Part shown: positions 1-10,550 of the stretch, one piece after another
Layout of the letters: the number at the start of each line of letters is the position of its first letter
How positions within the stretch are numbered: the first letter of the stretch is position 1
Assembly: GCA_963677765.1 (NCBI GenBank)
Contig: OY782392.1
Coordinates: 870,001 to 902,000 of the forward strand
Length of the DNA stretch: 32,000 nt
Origin: Candidatus Saccharimonadota bacterium
GTDB taxonomy: Bacteria; Patescibacteriota; Gracilibacteria; BD1-5; UBA6164
Direction: 5' to 3'
Notes under the pieces: generated by a model
Database searches by the model: none
What the model was told of the DNA's origin: nothing
The model's input: the letters and a program-made list of their open reading frames with translations, nothing else
Program-made: the position numbers and the translations under genes

Positions 1-309
1 CTTTACTACATCTATTAACTCTTTTTTATCTTCTTCTTCTTTTGTTTCTGTTTCTTCATCAATAAAATCATCTATTTTTTCTAATAAATCCTTTATTGGT
101 TTATATTCTCTTTTTTCTTTTTTTGTTAAATTTTCAACTTTTTCTTCAAGTAAGTGTTCAATTTTATTTTTTAATACTTTTAGATTATCAATATCGTTAT
201 CTACTTTAAATTTATTGAATAATTTTTCTGATTCTTTTATGAATTGTCAAACTAATTCAGGAGTTAATTCAACATTATTATTAAAAATTTGGTAAAATAA
301 ATTTGTCAT
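1..309 (-). CDS. hypothetical protein; the N-terminal 103 codons are visible and the 3' end lies beyond the window edge
   Basis: ATG at 309-307 on the minus strand. The frame stays open to position 1 with no TAA/TAG and has one in-frame TGA (247-249). Translation MTNLFYQIFNNNVELTPELVGQFIKESEKLF... is Glu/Lys-rich. No family recognised. Confidence 0.55.
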
Positions 310-428
310 TTTTTGCGTCTTATCAATTAATATTACTAAAATAATTTTACTATATAAAAAAAAGTGAGTCAAAAAAAGTTTAAAATAATGACTTGATTAA
401 ATCAAAAAATATTTTATGAAAATAAATC

Positions 429-455
429 TTGCATTTTTTTATAAAAAAATATAAT
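429..455 (+). promoter_or_regulatory. putative sigma-70-type promoter of the aspS leader
   Basis: TTGCAT at 429-434 and TATAAT at 450-455, directly upstream of the structured leader. The 15-nt spacing is shorter than optimal. Confidence 0.3.
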
Positions 456-668
456 TAGTTCAACAGCGCTTGAACAGCTAACAACTGTGAGCTCGAGGAA
501 GAACGGATTATTCTTATTAGACCCTCGCGGAGAATTAAACTTCGTAAACAAATTAAATTAAGAAAATGCTTTAGGTGGCACCTTTCAAATTATATTTTGA
601 ACCGAAAGCACAAAAATATTTAAAAAACTATATTATTTAGTATATATAAAATATTTTTGTGTTTTTTT
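456..668 (+). promoter_or_regulatory. T-box-like tRNA-sensing leader (transcription attenuator) upstream of aspS
   Basis: T-box core AGGUGGCACC at 573-582 (consensus AGGGUGGNACC) lies in a bulge between two helices. Helix A1 pairs 567-572 TGCTTT with 605-610 AAAGCA. Helix A2 pairs 584-589 with 596-601. A 13-bp terminator stem (609-621 with 649-661) and a T7 run follow directly. Upstream, hairpin 494-527 carries an internal loop AUUAGAC ending in GAC (Asp codon, 520-522). The downstream gene is an aminoacyl-tRNA synthetase. Confidence 0.55.
609..668 (+). terminator. intrinsic terminator of the aspS leader (attenuator)
   Basis: CACAAAAATATTT (609-621) pairs with AAATATTTTTGTG (649-661) and is followed by TTTTTTT (662-668). 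It lies 140 nt upstream of the aspS ATG. Confidence 0.6.
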
Positions 669-807
669 AATTTTTTGACTCAAATAGATTTGATAAATCG
701 ATTTGTTGCCAAAATTTGTTCTGGCTTATTACTTTATATAAATTATATGAATAATTTATATTTTAAAAAAAATACCAGTATTAATTATATCCTTTAATAA
801 AATAAGA

Positions 808-2619
808 ATGTTAAGAACGCATAATTGTAATGAACTTACTTCAAAAAATATAGGTGAAAAAGTTACTTTATCATGATGGGTTAGTAATAGAAGAGATCAT
901 GGTGGTATTATTTTTATCGATTTAAGAGATAGATATGGATTAACTCAAGTTGTTTTTGATCCAGAAGATAATAAAAAAGCTTGGGAATTAGCTGATAGTT
1001 TTAGAAGTGAATATGTTATACAAGCTACTTGAACTGTTAGATCTAGACCAGAAGGTCAAGAAAATCCTAGAATGTATACTTGAGAAATTGAAATAATAAT
1101 AGATGATGAAGTAAAAATTTTATCAAAATCAAAAACTCCTCCTTTTGAATTAGACTGACATGGTGAATTATCAAATGAAGAAGTTAGATATAAACATAGA
1201 TATTTAGATTTAAGAAGACCTCAAGCTTTAGAAAATGTTAAGTTTAGATCTAAATTTATAACTTATACTAGAAACTGGTTTACATCTAGAGATTTTTTAG
1301 ATGTACAAACTCCTATTTTTACAGCTAGTTCTCCTGAATGAGCTAGAGATTTTGTTATACCTTCTAGATTACATCCAGGTAAATTTTATGCTTTACCTCA
1401 AGCTCCTCAACAATATAAACAATTGTTAATGGTTGGTGGTATTGATAAATATTTTCAAATAGCTCCATGTTTTAGAGATGAAGATCCTAGAGCAGATAGA
1501 CATGCTTGTGAATTTTATCAAATCGATTGTGAAATGTCTTTTGTTGAACAACAAGATATATTTAATGTAGTAGAAAGTTTTTTCTTTGATTTAGTTAAAG
1601 AATTATCTACAAAAAAAATAATGGATGAAAAATTCTATTCTATGAGTTTTGTTGATGCTATGGAAAAATATGGTTCAGATAAACCAGATTTAAGATATGG
1701 TTTAGAAATGGTTGATGTAATGGATATATTTTCTAGATCTACTAATGAAATTTTTTCTTCAATTGCTAGTGATACGAAAACTAATAGAATAAAAGCATTA
1801 AGAGTTCCTTCATGAGATACTTATTTTTCAAAAACACAAATGAAAAATTTTGAAAAATTCGTTAGACAACATTGAGCTCAAGGTCTAGGTTATTTTCAAA
1901 TGCAAGAAGATGGATTAAAAGGACCTTTGAATAAATTCTTTAGTGAATCAGATTTACAAGAAATAATTGATAGAACAGGACTTGAAGTATGAGATGCTAT
2001 TTTCTTCTGAGCAGGGGAAAAAGATACTGTTTTATCTTATATGGGTAAATTTAGAATTCATTTAGCTGGTTTAATAAATGAGATTACTGAAGGGAAATTT
2101 ATAGATAAAAATTTATTAGCTTTTTCTTGGATAACAGATTTTCCAATGTTTGAAGAAAATGAAATCACTGGTAAAATTGATTTTGGTCATAATCCATTTT
2201 CAATGCCAAAAGGTGGTATAAAAGCTTTTGAAACTGATAATCTATTAGAGGTAGAATCTGTTCAATATGATCTAGCTTGTAATGGTTATGAAGTATTATC
2301 TGGTTCAATTAGAAATCATGATGTTGAAGCTTTGGTAAAAGCTTTTGAAAAAGTTGGTAGAACTGAAGCAGAAGTAAAAGAAAAATTCTGAGCTATGTAT
2401 GAAGCATTTCAATACTGAGTTCCTCCACATGGATGATTTGCTATAGGTATGGATAGAATTATGATGATATTAAAAGATGAAACAAATATTAGAGAAGTTT
2501 ATGCTTTCCCAAAATCTGGTAAAGCACAAGACTTAATGATGAATGCCCCTACTTTTATAGAAGATAATCAATTAGAAGAATTACATATAAATATTGTTGA
2601 AGAAGATGATATAGTATAA
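808..2619 (+). CDS. aspS: aspartate--tRNA ligase (AspRS, class II)
   Basis: 603-aa frame under code 25. The N-terminus [44 protein letters not shown] matches the bacterial AspRS OB-fold start. Motif 2 region is [11 protein letters not shown]. The C-terminal region is [14 protein letters not shown]-track fragments 1423-1815 and 2041-2391 share this frame and are joined by in-frame TGAs. Stop is TAA. Confidence 0.95.
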
Positions 2620-2651
2620 AAAAAGAACAAGTTTTAACTTGTTCTTTTTTT
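2620..2651. terminator. bidirectional hairpin terminator between convergent aspS and the 2650-3123 CDS
   Basis: AAGAACAAGTT (2623-2633) pairs with AACTTGTTCTT (2636-2646), with an A-run on the 5' side and a T-run on the 3' side. It overlaps the minus-strand stop codon at 2650-2652. Confidence 0.55.
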
Positions 2652-3123
2652 ATAAATTTAATTTAATTTTTGGAGCACTTGGTTCATCATCATCAGATTT
2701 TTCATCTTCTTTTTCAGTTTCTTCTTTTTCTTCAGATTCATCTTTATTATCTTCTTCATTATTATTTATTCATAAAGAAATTTTAGGAGAACTACTTGTT
2801 TCTTCTTCTTTTTCTTCTGATTTTTTGCTTTCTGAAATATCTTCTGCTTCATTTTGAGTAGAATCATCTATATTTACTGAGTTGTTTTCTTCTGGTTTAT
2901 AATCTAGTGAACTTTTTACTTCTTTATATGATGAATCATTAGCAGCTTCTGAATTTTCATTTACTATTTTTTGGAATTCATTCATATCCTTTGATTGTCT
3001 GATTTTTTCAAATAGTCATGCAAACTCTTCAATATTAGCTAATATTTCTTGTTCTGCTTCTAATCTTTTTCTTTCGAAATCAAGATTTTCATTGTTAATT
3101 AATCTATTTGGGATAGCATTCAT
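2650..3123 (-). CDS. hypothetical acidic low-complexity protein (157 aa)
   Basis: ATG at 3123-3121 and TAA at 2652-2650, with two in-frame TGAs. It extends ORF-track fragment 2770-2985 in both directions. The N-terminus looks like a coiled coil (RLINNENLDFERKRLEAEQEILANIEEF). The C-terminal half is a Glu/Asp/Ser/Lys-rich tail. No family recognised. Confidence 0.65.
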
Positions 3124-3284
3124 AATTCAAATTTTATTATTAATTTATCTTTTATATATATTAATTTATCACATAAAAAAAATTATTGCAAATATTTTAA
3201 CTATAAAATAAATAAAACTTGTTTTTTTGAAAATATCAATATACTCTGTAAGTTAATAAATATAATATCTAAAAAAATCAAAAA

Positions 3285-4661
3285 ATGTTAGCAAAAGTTA
3301 CAATTATAGGGAGACCAAATGTATGAAAATCAAGTTTTTTTAATATGTATACTGGTCATAAAATAGCTATTGTTCATGATGAAGAATGAACTACTAGAGA
3401 TATAAGTGAATTTGAATATAGAGATGAAGAAAATAATCTTACTTATGTATTAAGTGACTCTGGTTGATTAGATTTATCTGATAAAAATGATGAAATATCT
3501 AGGGATATAGCTGAAAGAACACAAAAAGCAATTGAAACTAGTGATCTTTTAATATGGCTTATAGAATATGATAGAGTTACAGATCTAGATGAAGAGGTAT
3601 TAAAAAACTTAAGAAAGTTAAAAGTAAAAAATGTAATTATTGCAGCTAATAAGGCTGATAATGAAGATAAAAAAATGGAAGCTTATTCTCTCGCAGGATT
3701 TGCTGATTCTTTACAATTTTTTCCAATTTCTGTTTCTCATAATGATTGAATAAGAGATATTAAGAAATTTGTTGCTGATTTTTTAACTAGCAAAGGTCTT
3801 AATTATATGGATGAAGAAATAGATGATAGTTTTGTTAAATTAGCTATGGTTGGTAGACCAAATGTATGAAAATCTAGTCTTATCAATGCTATAACAGGTG
3901 AAAATAGAGTTATGGTTAAAGATATGAGTGGTACAACAAGAGACTCTATTGATACAAAATTTAAACATTGAGATAGAGATTATGTATTAATTGATACTGC
4001 TTGAATAAGAAGACTTTCTAAAGTTTGAGTTAGAAATGTAGAAGATTGGTCAGTAATGAGAACTAACAGAGCTATATCTAGAGCAGATGTTATTGCTGTA
4101 GTTATAGATGGTATTGATTGAATAGTTCACCAAGATTTATCTATTATATCAAAAGTATTAGAAGAAAATAAAGGTCTAATTATCGTAGTTAATAAATGGG
4201 ACAAGGTATTAGAAAAACCATGAGTAGATAAAGAAAAAATGATGAATAGATATATAGATTATCTTAAATCTAAAGTAGAATTCTTACCTTGGGTTTCTGT
4301 AGTTTTTACTTCTGCATTGAAAGAAAAGAGAGTTGATGAAATCTTAGATAATGCTAAAAATATCAAAGATGAAAGATATAAAAGAGTAAAAACTGGTATA
4401 TTTAATAACTTTATGGAACAAGTATTATTAAAACATCCACCAACAGGTAATAAAAAATCTCATAATCCAAAAATATATTATTGATCACAAGTTGATACAA
4501 ATCCACCAAAATTTGTTTTAACAGTTAATAATCCAAATCATTTTCACTTTTCTTATAAAAGGTATTTAGAAAATAGAATTAGAGATAATTTTTGATTTTT
4601 TGGTACTCCAATAGTTATTGAATATAAATGAAGAGGAAAATATAAAGATGTTACTAAATAA
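3285..4661 (+). CDS. der: ribosome-associated GTPase Der/EngA (two tandem GTPase domains plus a KH-like C-terminus)
   Basis: Two G1 P-loops read GRPNVGKS, and the Gly before Lys is TGA in both (3324-3326 and 3867-3869). G4 motifs are NKAD and NKWD. G3 is DTAG in domain 2. 458 aa. Stop is TAA. Confidence 0.95.
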
Positions 4662-4690
4662 AAAAGAAGACTTATTAAGTCTTCTTTTTT
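4662..4690. terminator. bidirectional hairpin terminator between convergent der and the TehA-like gene
   Basis: AAGAAGACTT (4664-4673) pairs with AAGTCTTCTT (4677-4686), followed by a T-run and preceded by an A-run. It abuts the minus-strand stop at 4689-4691. Confidence 0.6.
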
Positions 4691-5654
4691 ATTCTTCTAT
4701 ACATAGTTCTTTATTTTTTATTCATATTATAGTCTTATATATAAGTATTAATATTATTAATATTAATATTATATAAAATATTATTCATAAATAATAAAAA
4801 AATATATATCATGTTATAGAGTAATATATTATTGTAGCAGTTGTTAGTACTGCCATAGGAAAACTATAAGCCCACCATGACATATAAAACTTTAATTTAG
4901 AAAATATATTTATTTTTGATATTATTATAACAAACATAAATATAGAGAAATAGTATAATATTTTTCAAAAAACTGTAATTTCTCAATTATAAAAATTAGT
5001 TAATGCTATAAATCATATAGATGGAGGAGCTATCAATATAAAAAGTGTAGGGAATAGCTTTTGTGGTAATGGGTTATGAAATATTATTCTATTCATAATT
5101 ATAGTAAACATAACAAACCACATTATAATTCATATAGAAAAGAAAAACCAAGATAATTCTATGTATCATAACTTAATTCATGATACTGGAACCAACATAT
5201 TTCATACTATAGGTAGAAACCATAATGGGTTCATTGATTTAATATCTTGACTATGAAGAATCCATCTTCTAAATATTATTAGTGTAAATATTGATTGAAT
5301 TATAACTCATGATATCCAAAATATATTTGATAGATTATAATTATATGAAAAGAAAATAATAGAAAATATCAATAATATTTTTCAAATACCTGGAAAAAAA
5401 TTTGATTTAACTGGGTGATTAAAATCATTTTTAACATCTCAAAAATTTATTAATACCTTAATTAGATATAAAAATAATGTTATTATAAAAAATAATAAAG
5501 TAAAAATTATTATATAATTATTGTAAACTAGGTTTAAATTATATACTTCAGATATTTTTATTGTTGATAGAATAAAACCTCAAAATCACATAATAGCAGC
5601 AAAAAAAGCTATATTGAAATATTTTAATCTACATCATTCTTTTTTAAAAATCAT
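4689..5654 (-). CDS. TehA/SLAC1 (TDT) family anion channel or transporter-like membrane protein
   Basis: 321-aa frame checked codon by codon for absence of TAA/TAG. About 10 hydrophobic segments. Family-like motifs are NPLWFLPIVGNMLVP, FPTLFILIAPPS and MSWWAYSFPMAVL. Many in-frame TGAs. Confidence 0.75.
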
Positions 5655-5725
5655 ATATATATTATTAAAATATAAATTATTTATATATTCTAATAAAATA
5701 GAACTTAAAACAAAATTGTTAGATT

Positions 5726-5756
5726 AAAAAAATACTATTTTAAAATAGTATTTTTT
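5726..5756 (-). terminator. palindromic hairpin at the 3' end of the ABC-2 operon
   Basis: AAAAAATACTATTTT pairs with AAAATAGTATTTTTT. It overlaps the permease stop codon at 5755-5757. Confidence 0.4.
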
Positions 5757-6510
5757 AGCTTTTAATTCAATGTCATTTTTTTAATAGTATGAAATTTATT
5801 ATAGTTAATAATATTATAAAAAATATTAGTATTCATATGGCTATGTAAATATTTACATCACTTATTCATAAAAAAGAATACCTTAGTCAATTAACCATAT
5901 ATAATATAGGATTAAACATACTTATTGTATGCCAAAAACTTGATAGTAATTCAGTAGAATAAAATACTCATCCTAGATATATTAAAGGAGTTATAACAAA
6001 TGATGGTATTATTGATATATCATCAAATGTTTTTGCATATATTGCATTTACTAATCATAATAATGCAAAAAGTATTGAGCTAAGTAATAAAAATATAATA
6101 AAATAAAAATAATTATATATTTCTATATCTGCCATTATAGCTCATGCTATAAATACTAATCCTCAAACTATCATTGCTCTTAGAACTGCTCATATACAAA
6201 AACCTAATAATATTTTTGTATGACTAATGGGAGATACAAATAATTCTTCTATAGAGTGTTGAAATTTTGATCAAAAGAAACTTGAACTAGTGTTTTGATA
6301 ACTTGCCATAATTACTGACATCATAAGTAATCATGGGAATATAAAATTTATATAATCTACTCATTCTATTATAGATATCCTATCTCATATAAATTTACCA
6401 AATATTAATAAATACAATACTATTGTTACAACTGGTGGTATTAATGTTTGTTTCCAAACTCTAAGAAATCTTATTGATTCCTTTGTTACTAGTGTTATTA
6501 AATCTGTCAT
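5755..6510 (-). CDS. ABC-2 type exporter permease (YadH-like)
   Basis: 251-aa frame verified free of TAA/TAG. Six predicted TM segments. YadH-like stretch FGSKFQHSIEELFVSPISH. It starts 4 nt after the stop of the upstream ATPase gene, so the two form an operon. Confidence 0.85.
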
Positions 6511-6514
6511 GTTT

Positions 6515-7438
6515 TTATTTTTTTATTATTTTCATAAATAAAGCTTCTAATCTATTTGTTTTATTTCTAAAGCTTGTTATTTCTATATTTTGTTTTGATA
6601 ATTCTTCAAAAACTTTGTTTAAACTATCTCAGCTTTTTATAGTTATTTCAAATTCATTTTCATCAATTTTTAAATAATTATATTTTTTCTTAAACTCTTC
6701 TCATATATTTTCAAAATTGTTTTTTGATGTTAATATAATACTTTCTTCTTGTATTTTTGATAGAAGATTTTTTGTAGTAGTATTTTCTAATATACTTCAC
6801 TTATCAAGGATAGCTACTTTTTTTGCCATAGATTCTACTTCTTCTAGATAGTGAGTTGTTAGTATTATAGTTGTACCTTTTTTGTTTAAATCAGTTATAA
6901 ATTCCCACATACTTTGTCTCAAATGTACATCTACTCATGCTGTTGGTTCATCAAGTATAAGTATTTTTGGGTTATGAACTAATGCTCTAACAATCATTAG
7001 TCTTCTTTTCATTCATCAACTTAATTCTTTTGCTTTGTTATTTCTTTTTTCCCATAGATCTAGTTTTTTTAATAATTCTTCAGTTTTCTTTAGAGCTTTT
7101 TCTTTTTTTATTCAATAATATCAAGCTTGAATAACTGGTATATCAATTACTTTTGAGAATGCATCAAAATTAAATTCTTGAGGTACTACTCATATGTAAG
7201 ACCTTGCTTTCATAAAATCTTTATCTATATCAATTCAATTTATTTTTACTTTTCCAGAAGTTTTTTTAACTAGATTAGTTAATATATTTATTGTTGTTGT
7301 TTTTCATGCTCAATTATGTCATAGTAATGAAAAAAAATCTCACTCTTTTACTTCAAGATTTATAGATTTTAAAACTTCTTTTCATGAATATTCTTTTACT
7401 AAATTTTTTATTTCAATAATATTGTTTTTTTGATTCAT
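6515..7438 (-). CDS. ABC transporter ATP-binding protein (ABC-2 exporter ATPase, YadG-like)
   Basis: Walker A GHNGAGKTT, with all three Gly encoded by TGA. Signature LSGGMKRRL, with GG encoded as TGA TGA at 7013-7018. Walker B ILILDEPTAGVD. H-loop TTHYLEE. 307 aa. Confidence 0.9.
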
Positions 7439-7564
7439 TTAAAATTATTTTATTGTTTAAAACTGTATTTTTTATAGTAACTTTTTTTTGTAAAAATCAA
7501 ATTTTTTAATTGCTATTTTTTATATTTTCTTATTATTAATCTAATATTTTTTATAAATAATATT

Positions 7565-8443
7565 ATGAGTTTACAAAGAACCGCAACTATTGTTTCTTCT
7601 ATTACTGCTTTTTTGTTACTTATAATTAAATTTTTTGTTTGAATATTTTCTTGATCTATAGCTGTTTTATCAAGTGCTATTGATTCAATGTTGGATATGT
7701 TTGTTTCTATTTTTAATTATTTTGCAATACATAATTCAGAAAAAAATCCAGATAAAAAATTTAATTATGGTAGATGAAAAATAGAAGCATTAGCATCATT
7801 ATTTGAATGATTAATAATTACTTTTTCAGGTTTATATATTTTGTATGAATCTATATCTAAATTTATAAATGATGAAAAAGTTTCATATCTATGAATATCT
7901 ATAGTTGTAATGCTTGTTTCTATAGTAATAACTTGAGCTTTAGTTTTATTTTTGGATTATGTTGCTAAAAAAACTGACAATTTAGTTATTCAAGCTGATT
8001 CTCTTCATTATAAAACAGATTTATATTCAAATTGAGCTATTTTATTATGATTGTTTCTTATTTATTTAACTTGAATTCATTATATTGATTCACTTATATG
8101 AGTTGCTATAGCATTTTATATAATATATTCTGCATACTCTTTAATCAAAAAATGATTTCTATTACTTCTTGATGTTTCTTTATCTCAAAAAGAAGTAAAA
8201 GAAATAGAAAAAATAATTAATAGTGAAGAAAAAGTTAAATCTTTTCACGAGCTTAGAACAAGACAGTCATGAAATTCAAAATTTGTAGAAGCTCATTTAG
8301 TTTTTGATATTGATATGAAGCTTTTAGAAGCACATAAAATAAGTGATATAATAGAGTTAAAAATATCAAATATAAACAAAGATTATGAACGGATAATGAC
8401 TATGCATCTTGATCCATTTGATGATAGTAATTGATTATCTTAA
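7565..8443 (+). CDS. cation diffusion facilitator (CDF) family metal efflux transporter
   Basis: Six-TM N-terminal domain with a TM2 DxxxD site (SAIDSMLDM) and a TM5 HxxxD site (ADSLHYKTD). A cytoplasmic C-terminal domain follows. 292 aa. Stop is TAA. Confidence 0.85.
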
Positions 8444-8458
8444 AAATATAAAAAAATC

Positions 8459-8486
8459 TTTACAAAATTTTAAAAAATGATAATAT
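8459..8486 (+). promoter_or_regulatory. putative htpG promoter with an extended -10 element
   Basis: TTTACA at 8459-8464, a 16-nt spacer, then TGATAATAT (TGn extended -10, with the -10 hexamer at 8481-8486). It sits immediately upstream of the CIRCE-like palindrome. Confidence 0.45.
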
Positions 8487-8487
8487 A

Positions 8488-8514
8488 TTAGCACTTAAAT
8501 AGTTTAAGTGCTAT
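8488..8514 (+). promoter_or_regulatory. CIRCE-like inverted repeat (HrcA operator) upstream of htpG
   Basis: TTAGCACTT-N9-AAGTGCTAT compared with the CIRCE consensus TTAGCACTC-N9-GAGTGCTAA. The spacer is exactly 9 nt. The site is 2 nt downstream of the -10 and 32 nt upstream of the htpG ATG. A T-run follows, so it could also terminate the CDF gene. Confidence 0.55.
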
Positions 8515-8545
8515 TTTTTTATTTAAAATTTAACCTTTTAAAAAT

Positions 8546-10486
8546 ATGTCTACGCATAATTTTGAAGCAGAAACTTGAAGAATTTTAGAGTTATTAACTC
8601 ATAGTATTTATTCAAATAAGGAAATATTTTTAAGAGAATTGATATCTAATTCTTCTGATGCAATAGATAAAGCAAGAATAAAATCATTAACTGATACAGG
8701 TTTCTTATGAGATGATAGTGAGTTTAAAATAACTATAGAATCAAATAAAAAAAATAATACTATTATTATTACTGATAATGGTATTTGAATGACTAAAGAT
8801 GAATTGATTAACAATCTATGAACTATAGCTAAATCAGGTACTAAAGAATTTTTAGAAAAATTACAAAAAGCAAAAGAAAATGCAGATCATAGCCTTATAG
8901 GTCAATTTTGAGTTGGTTTTTATAGTGCATTTATGATTGCTGATAAAGTAGAAGTAGAAACAAAAACCACTTGAGAAGATGCTTATAAATGGATAAGTGA
9001 TTGAAAAACAAATTATGACATTATAAAAAGTGATAAAAATAATAGATGAACAACTATTACTTTACATGTAGATGAAGCAAATAAAGAATTACTTGAAGAA
9101 TGGAAATTAAAAGAATTAGTTAAAAAATATTCTAACTATGTTTGAGTTCCTATAATGATGAGAGCTTATGATCCGAGAACTGAAGAAGAAAAACAAAAAG
9201 AACCAAAAGTAATGGATTTTGAACAAATAAATGAAACTAAACCAATATGGAAAAAAGATAAAAAAGATATTACAAAAGAAGAATATAAAAGTTTTTATCA
9301 ATCAGTAAGTAATGACTGGAATGAACCATTGTTTACTGTTCATAATAATGTAGAGTGAATAGTTAGTTATAAATCTATTTTGTATTCTCCAAAAGAAGTA
9401 AATCTTTATCAAAATCTTTCTGATCCTAATCTTGAATATGGTCCAAAATTATATGTTCAAAATGTTTTAATTTTAGAAAATGCAAAGGAGTTAATGCCTG
9501 TTTGGCTTAGATTTATATCTTGAGTTGTAGAAACTTCTGATTTACCTCTGAATATATCTAGAGAAATGTTACAAGATAATAAAACTTTGGATAAAATCAA
9601 AAAAGGTCTTACTAAAAAGGTTATTACTGAGTTATGAAAAACATTGAAAAACTCTAGAGAAGATTATGTTAAATTTTGGAAAAACTATGGTAAATTAGTA
9701 AAAGAATGAATTCATTATGAATTTGATTTAAAAGAAGATATAGCTTGAGTTTCATTGTTTAAATGAATAAATAATTCATCTCTTATAACTTTGGATGAAT
9801 ATTTAGAAACTGCTCATGAAAAAGAAGTAAAAAAAGAAGTTGATTGAAAAGAAGAAACAATAAAAGAAAAAACAATTTATTATATAATTGCAAAATCTGA
9901 ATCTGAAGCTTTAGCTAGTCCGTATTTATCTCAATTTAGAGAAAAAAATATTGATGTGTTGATTTTAACTGATGCAATTGATTCATTTTTAGTTCAATGA
10001 TTTAATGAATTTAAATGAGCAAAACTTGTTTCTATAACTAGTAATGATATTGAATTAGAAGAAAAAACACAAGAAGAAAAAGAAAAAGAAGAAAAACAAG
10101 AAAAAGAAATGCAATGATTATTAGATTTGGTAAAAAATACTATAGGTGATGAAAAAATTGAAAAAGTTGTTTTAAACGATAAGCTTTGAAACTCATTAGG
10201 TGCTTTAAAAACTCCTGCTAATTGAATAGATCCTCAATTGGAAAAAATGATGAAAGCTATGTGACAACAAGTACCAGTACAAAAAAGAATATTAGAATTA
10301 AATCCAAAGAATCAACTTTTAGATTCTATGAAAAAAGAATTTGAATCTGATATTAAATCTGAAAAATTAAAAGATGCTATAAAATATGCTTATAATCAAG
10401 CGATACTATTAGAATGAGGTGAATTAGAAAATATTTGAGAATTTATTGAAATGACAAATAAATTTGCATCAGGTTATTTAAAATAA
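8546..10486 (+). CDS. htpG: molecular chaperone HtpG (Hsp90)
   Basis: 646 aa. GHKL ATPase motifs are [21 protein letters not shown] and [13 protein letters not shown]. Middle-domain motif is [16 protein letters not shown]-track fragment 9155-9358 is in frame. Confidence 0.95.
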
Positions 10487-10487
10487 A

Positions 10488-10517
10488 AAAAGACTAGAAT
10501 TTTCTAGTCTTTTTTTT
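10488..10517 (+). terminator. intrinsic terminator after htpG
   Basis: AGACTAGAA pairs with TTCTAGTCT and is followed by a T8 run. Confidence 0.6.
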
Positions 10518-10550
10518 ATAATTAATTAGTATTATTAACTTTTTCTTTTT

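Noticed and set aside
366-682. A 12-nt inverted repeat, TGAGTCAAAAAA (366-377) and TTTTTTGACTCA (671-682), flanking the aspS leader. I considered it as possible mobile-element ends or a long-range helix.
   Set aside because: It is short, half homopolymer, and expected by chance in this composition. There is no transposase, no target-site duplication and no other element hallmark.
747-797. A 16-codon mini-ORF between the leader terminator and aspS. I considered it as a possible leader peptide.
   Set aside because: It lies downstream of the terminator, has no Asp-codon enrichment and no conservation evidence, and is likely chance in AT-rich sequence.
2639-2857. Plus-strand 72-aa Ser/Phe-rich ORF from the track. 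The same applies to other shadow ORFs: 6474-6677, 8608-8814, 9116-9301, 17722-17943, 23276-23509, 26172-26438, 27824-28012 and 28009-28197.
   Set aside because: Each is antisense to, or out of frame with, a well-supported code-25 CDS (the acidic protein, ABC ATPase, htpG, the TSP3 protein, rpoB or rpoC).
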